Assembly (NCBI GenBank): GCA_026026165.1
Contig: JAPEUD010000002.1
Span: forward strand, 434,001 to 498,000
Source of the DNA: Sarea resinae
Taxonomy: Eukaryota
Direction of reading: 5' to 3'
Length of the DNA: 64,000 nt
Below the pieces are notes generated by a model. That model was not told the origin of the DNA and did no database searches. It was given only the letters and a program-made list of their open reading frames with translations. Shown piece after piece: positions 62,910 through 64,000 of the stretch (its first letter is position 1; each line of letters starts with the position of its first letter). The position numbers and the translations under genes are program-made.

Positions 62910-64000
62910 ATGGAAACTTCCATGACCGTCCCATCCACAGCGGCCAGTGAAGGATATTCGAAAATGTTACCACCAGTTGATCCTGCAGTCCTGGCCAAGA
63001 ATCCCCAATTTGAGAAATTGTATAAGCAATTGATTTCCTCGAAGCTCAATCCAGATGGATCCACCAAAGGTTCCAGCGCGCAAGAGTCTCGGGATGCTAT
63101 CAAAGAAGTGAGCACGGCCACGGCTTTCGTAGGTACTATATGTGCAGTGTCCAGCGGCTAATTGCAAGCGCAGGAGATGAAAAATGCCGAGGAGGAAGCA
63201 GCAAAATGTCATATCATACGAACGTCTCTGAAGGCTATTACTGTCCGAGCAGACGAGCTCCCCAACGAGGTATACATGGCCCAGCGCAATCGCTCTCATT
63301 CCGAAAGCTTGCTGACGGCTAATAGCTTTTAGATGTCATTGAGATTGTGGCGACACAGCTGAACTCGTCTCTTTCAGCCGAAGAGCGCGAACTATTGGAA
63401 GAAGACGTAGAGTATTTCCTGGTAAGCTGATGACGCTCAACATGTGTGTACGAAGTCAATCCTCATCCATCGTCAAGGACCACTTGCACGCCGTAGGCAA
63501 AACACTCTCGTCGCACATCTCCGAGCTCTCGCTGCAAGTCGCCAAGGTTGCGCATCCAGAAGGTATCCCTCCCTACTCGTCTCAAGCCCTTACAGACCGT
63601 TTCCGGATCCATGAATTGTCATCGCTCATATACCTCCGCAGAAACCAAACCTCAAATGCTCGCCGTCGCTGCCAAAAACCTCCCAGGGGAGATTTTAGCC
63701 CGTCGACAGGCGATTATAGAGAAGCAGGACAGTGTGGTGACGCAACGAATCGAGCTTGTCAACCTGGCAACCAAGGTCCTGGCTGCGCATCGCGAGCTCC
63801 AGGAGACGACTATCCGCGTGCTGGAGCAGACGAAGCATGGGAGCGTTTCAAGAGCTGCCAAGGCACGTGCAGAGCACCTCGCTGTTGTCGCGGAGGGTAT
63901 GGATGCTAAGCTAAGGTGCGTGGAAGTCCTCATTCCAATTGTAGCCCTTGTGCTCCGTTTGTTGCTTTCCTATTGTTTCGCCAGTAGCTATCTTCTCTCT
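62910..64000 (+). CDS. Coiled-coil protein, possibly augmin subunit HAUS4-like; 3' truncated by the window edge
   Basis: ATG 62910 or 62964; MLPPVDPAVLAKNPQFEKLYKQL...LNPDGST. Introns begin at 63108, 63270 and 63422; downstream coiled coil LEQTKHGSVSRAAKARAEHLAVVAEGMDAKL. The family call is from memory. Confidence 0.55.

Overview
Gene-dense 64 kb region of a filamentous ascomycete (Pezizomycotina) nuclear genome: GT-AG introns with CTRAC-type branch points, and no tRNA, rRNA, transposon or CRISPR signal that I can see. About 26 protein-coding genes can be reconstructed, with exon joins checked by hand for frame: lys2 (partial), a type II membrane protein of unknown function, hxA, cnl2/nkp2, eaf3, an SNF2-family ATPase, a cyclin-like protein, an orphan ORF, an HMG-box factor, an SGNH/GDSL hydrolase, utp5, bdf1, rvb1, nrk1, vti1, a COG2907-type flavoprotein, an ARMH3/UPF0668 protein, isa1, a Dabb protein, dsc3, a Psg1-like protein, a thioredoxin-fold membrane protein, an RCC1-repeat protein, an alpha/beta hydrolase, mrpl24 and a partial HAUS4-like gene. 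The most interesting signals are: (1) the HMG-box factor's C-terminal domain looks like a catalytically dead thymidylate-kinase fold; (2) about 1.4 kb upstream of bdf1 has no ATG on the sense strand and contains a perfect 10-bp hairpin; (3) a perfect CCAAT-N12-ATTGG double HapX/CBC motif lies upstream of isa1; (4) GC3-rich, long-intron, microsatellite-rich islands switch on in the middle of genes; (5) eaf3 intron 2 holds a candidate conserved element; (6) the type II membrane protein resembles a DxD-less GT32-like pseudo-glycosyltransferase. Family assignments come from motif recognition only; no searches were run.
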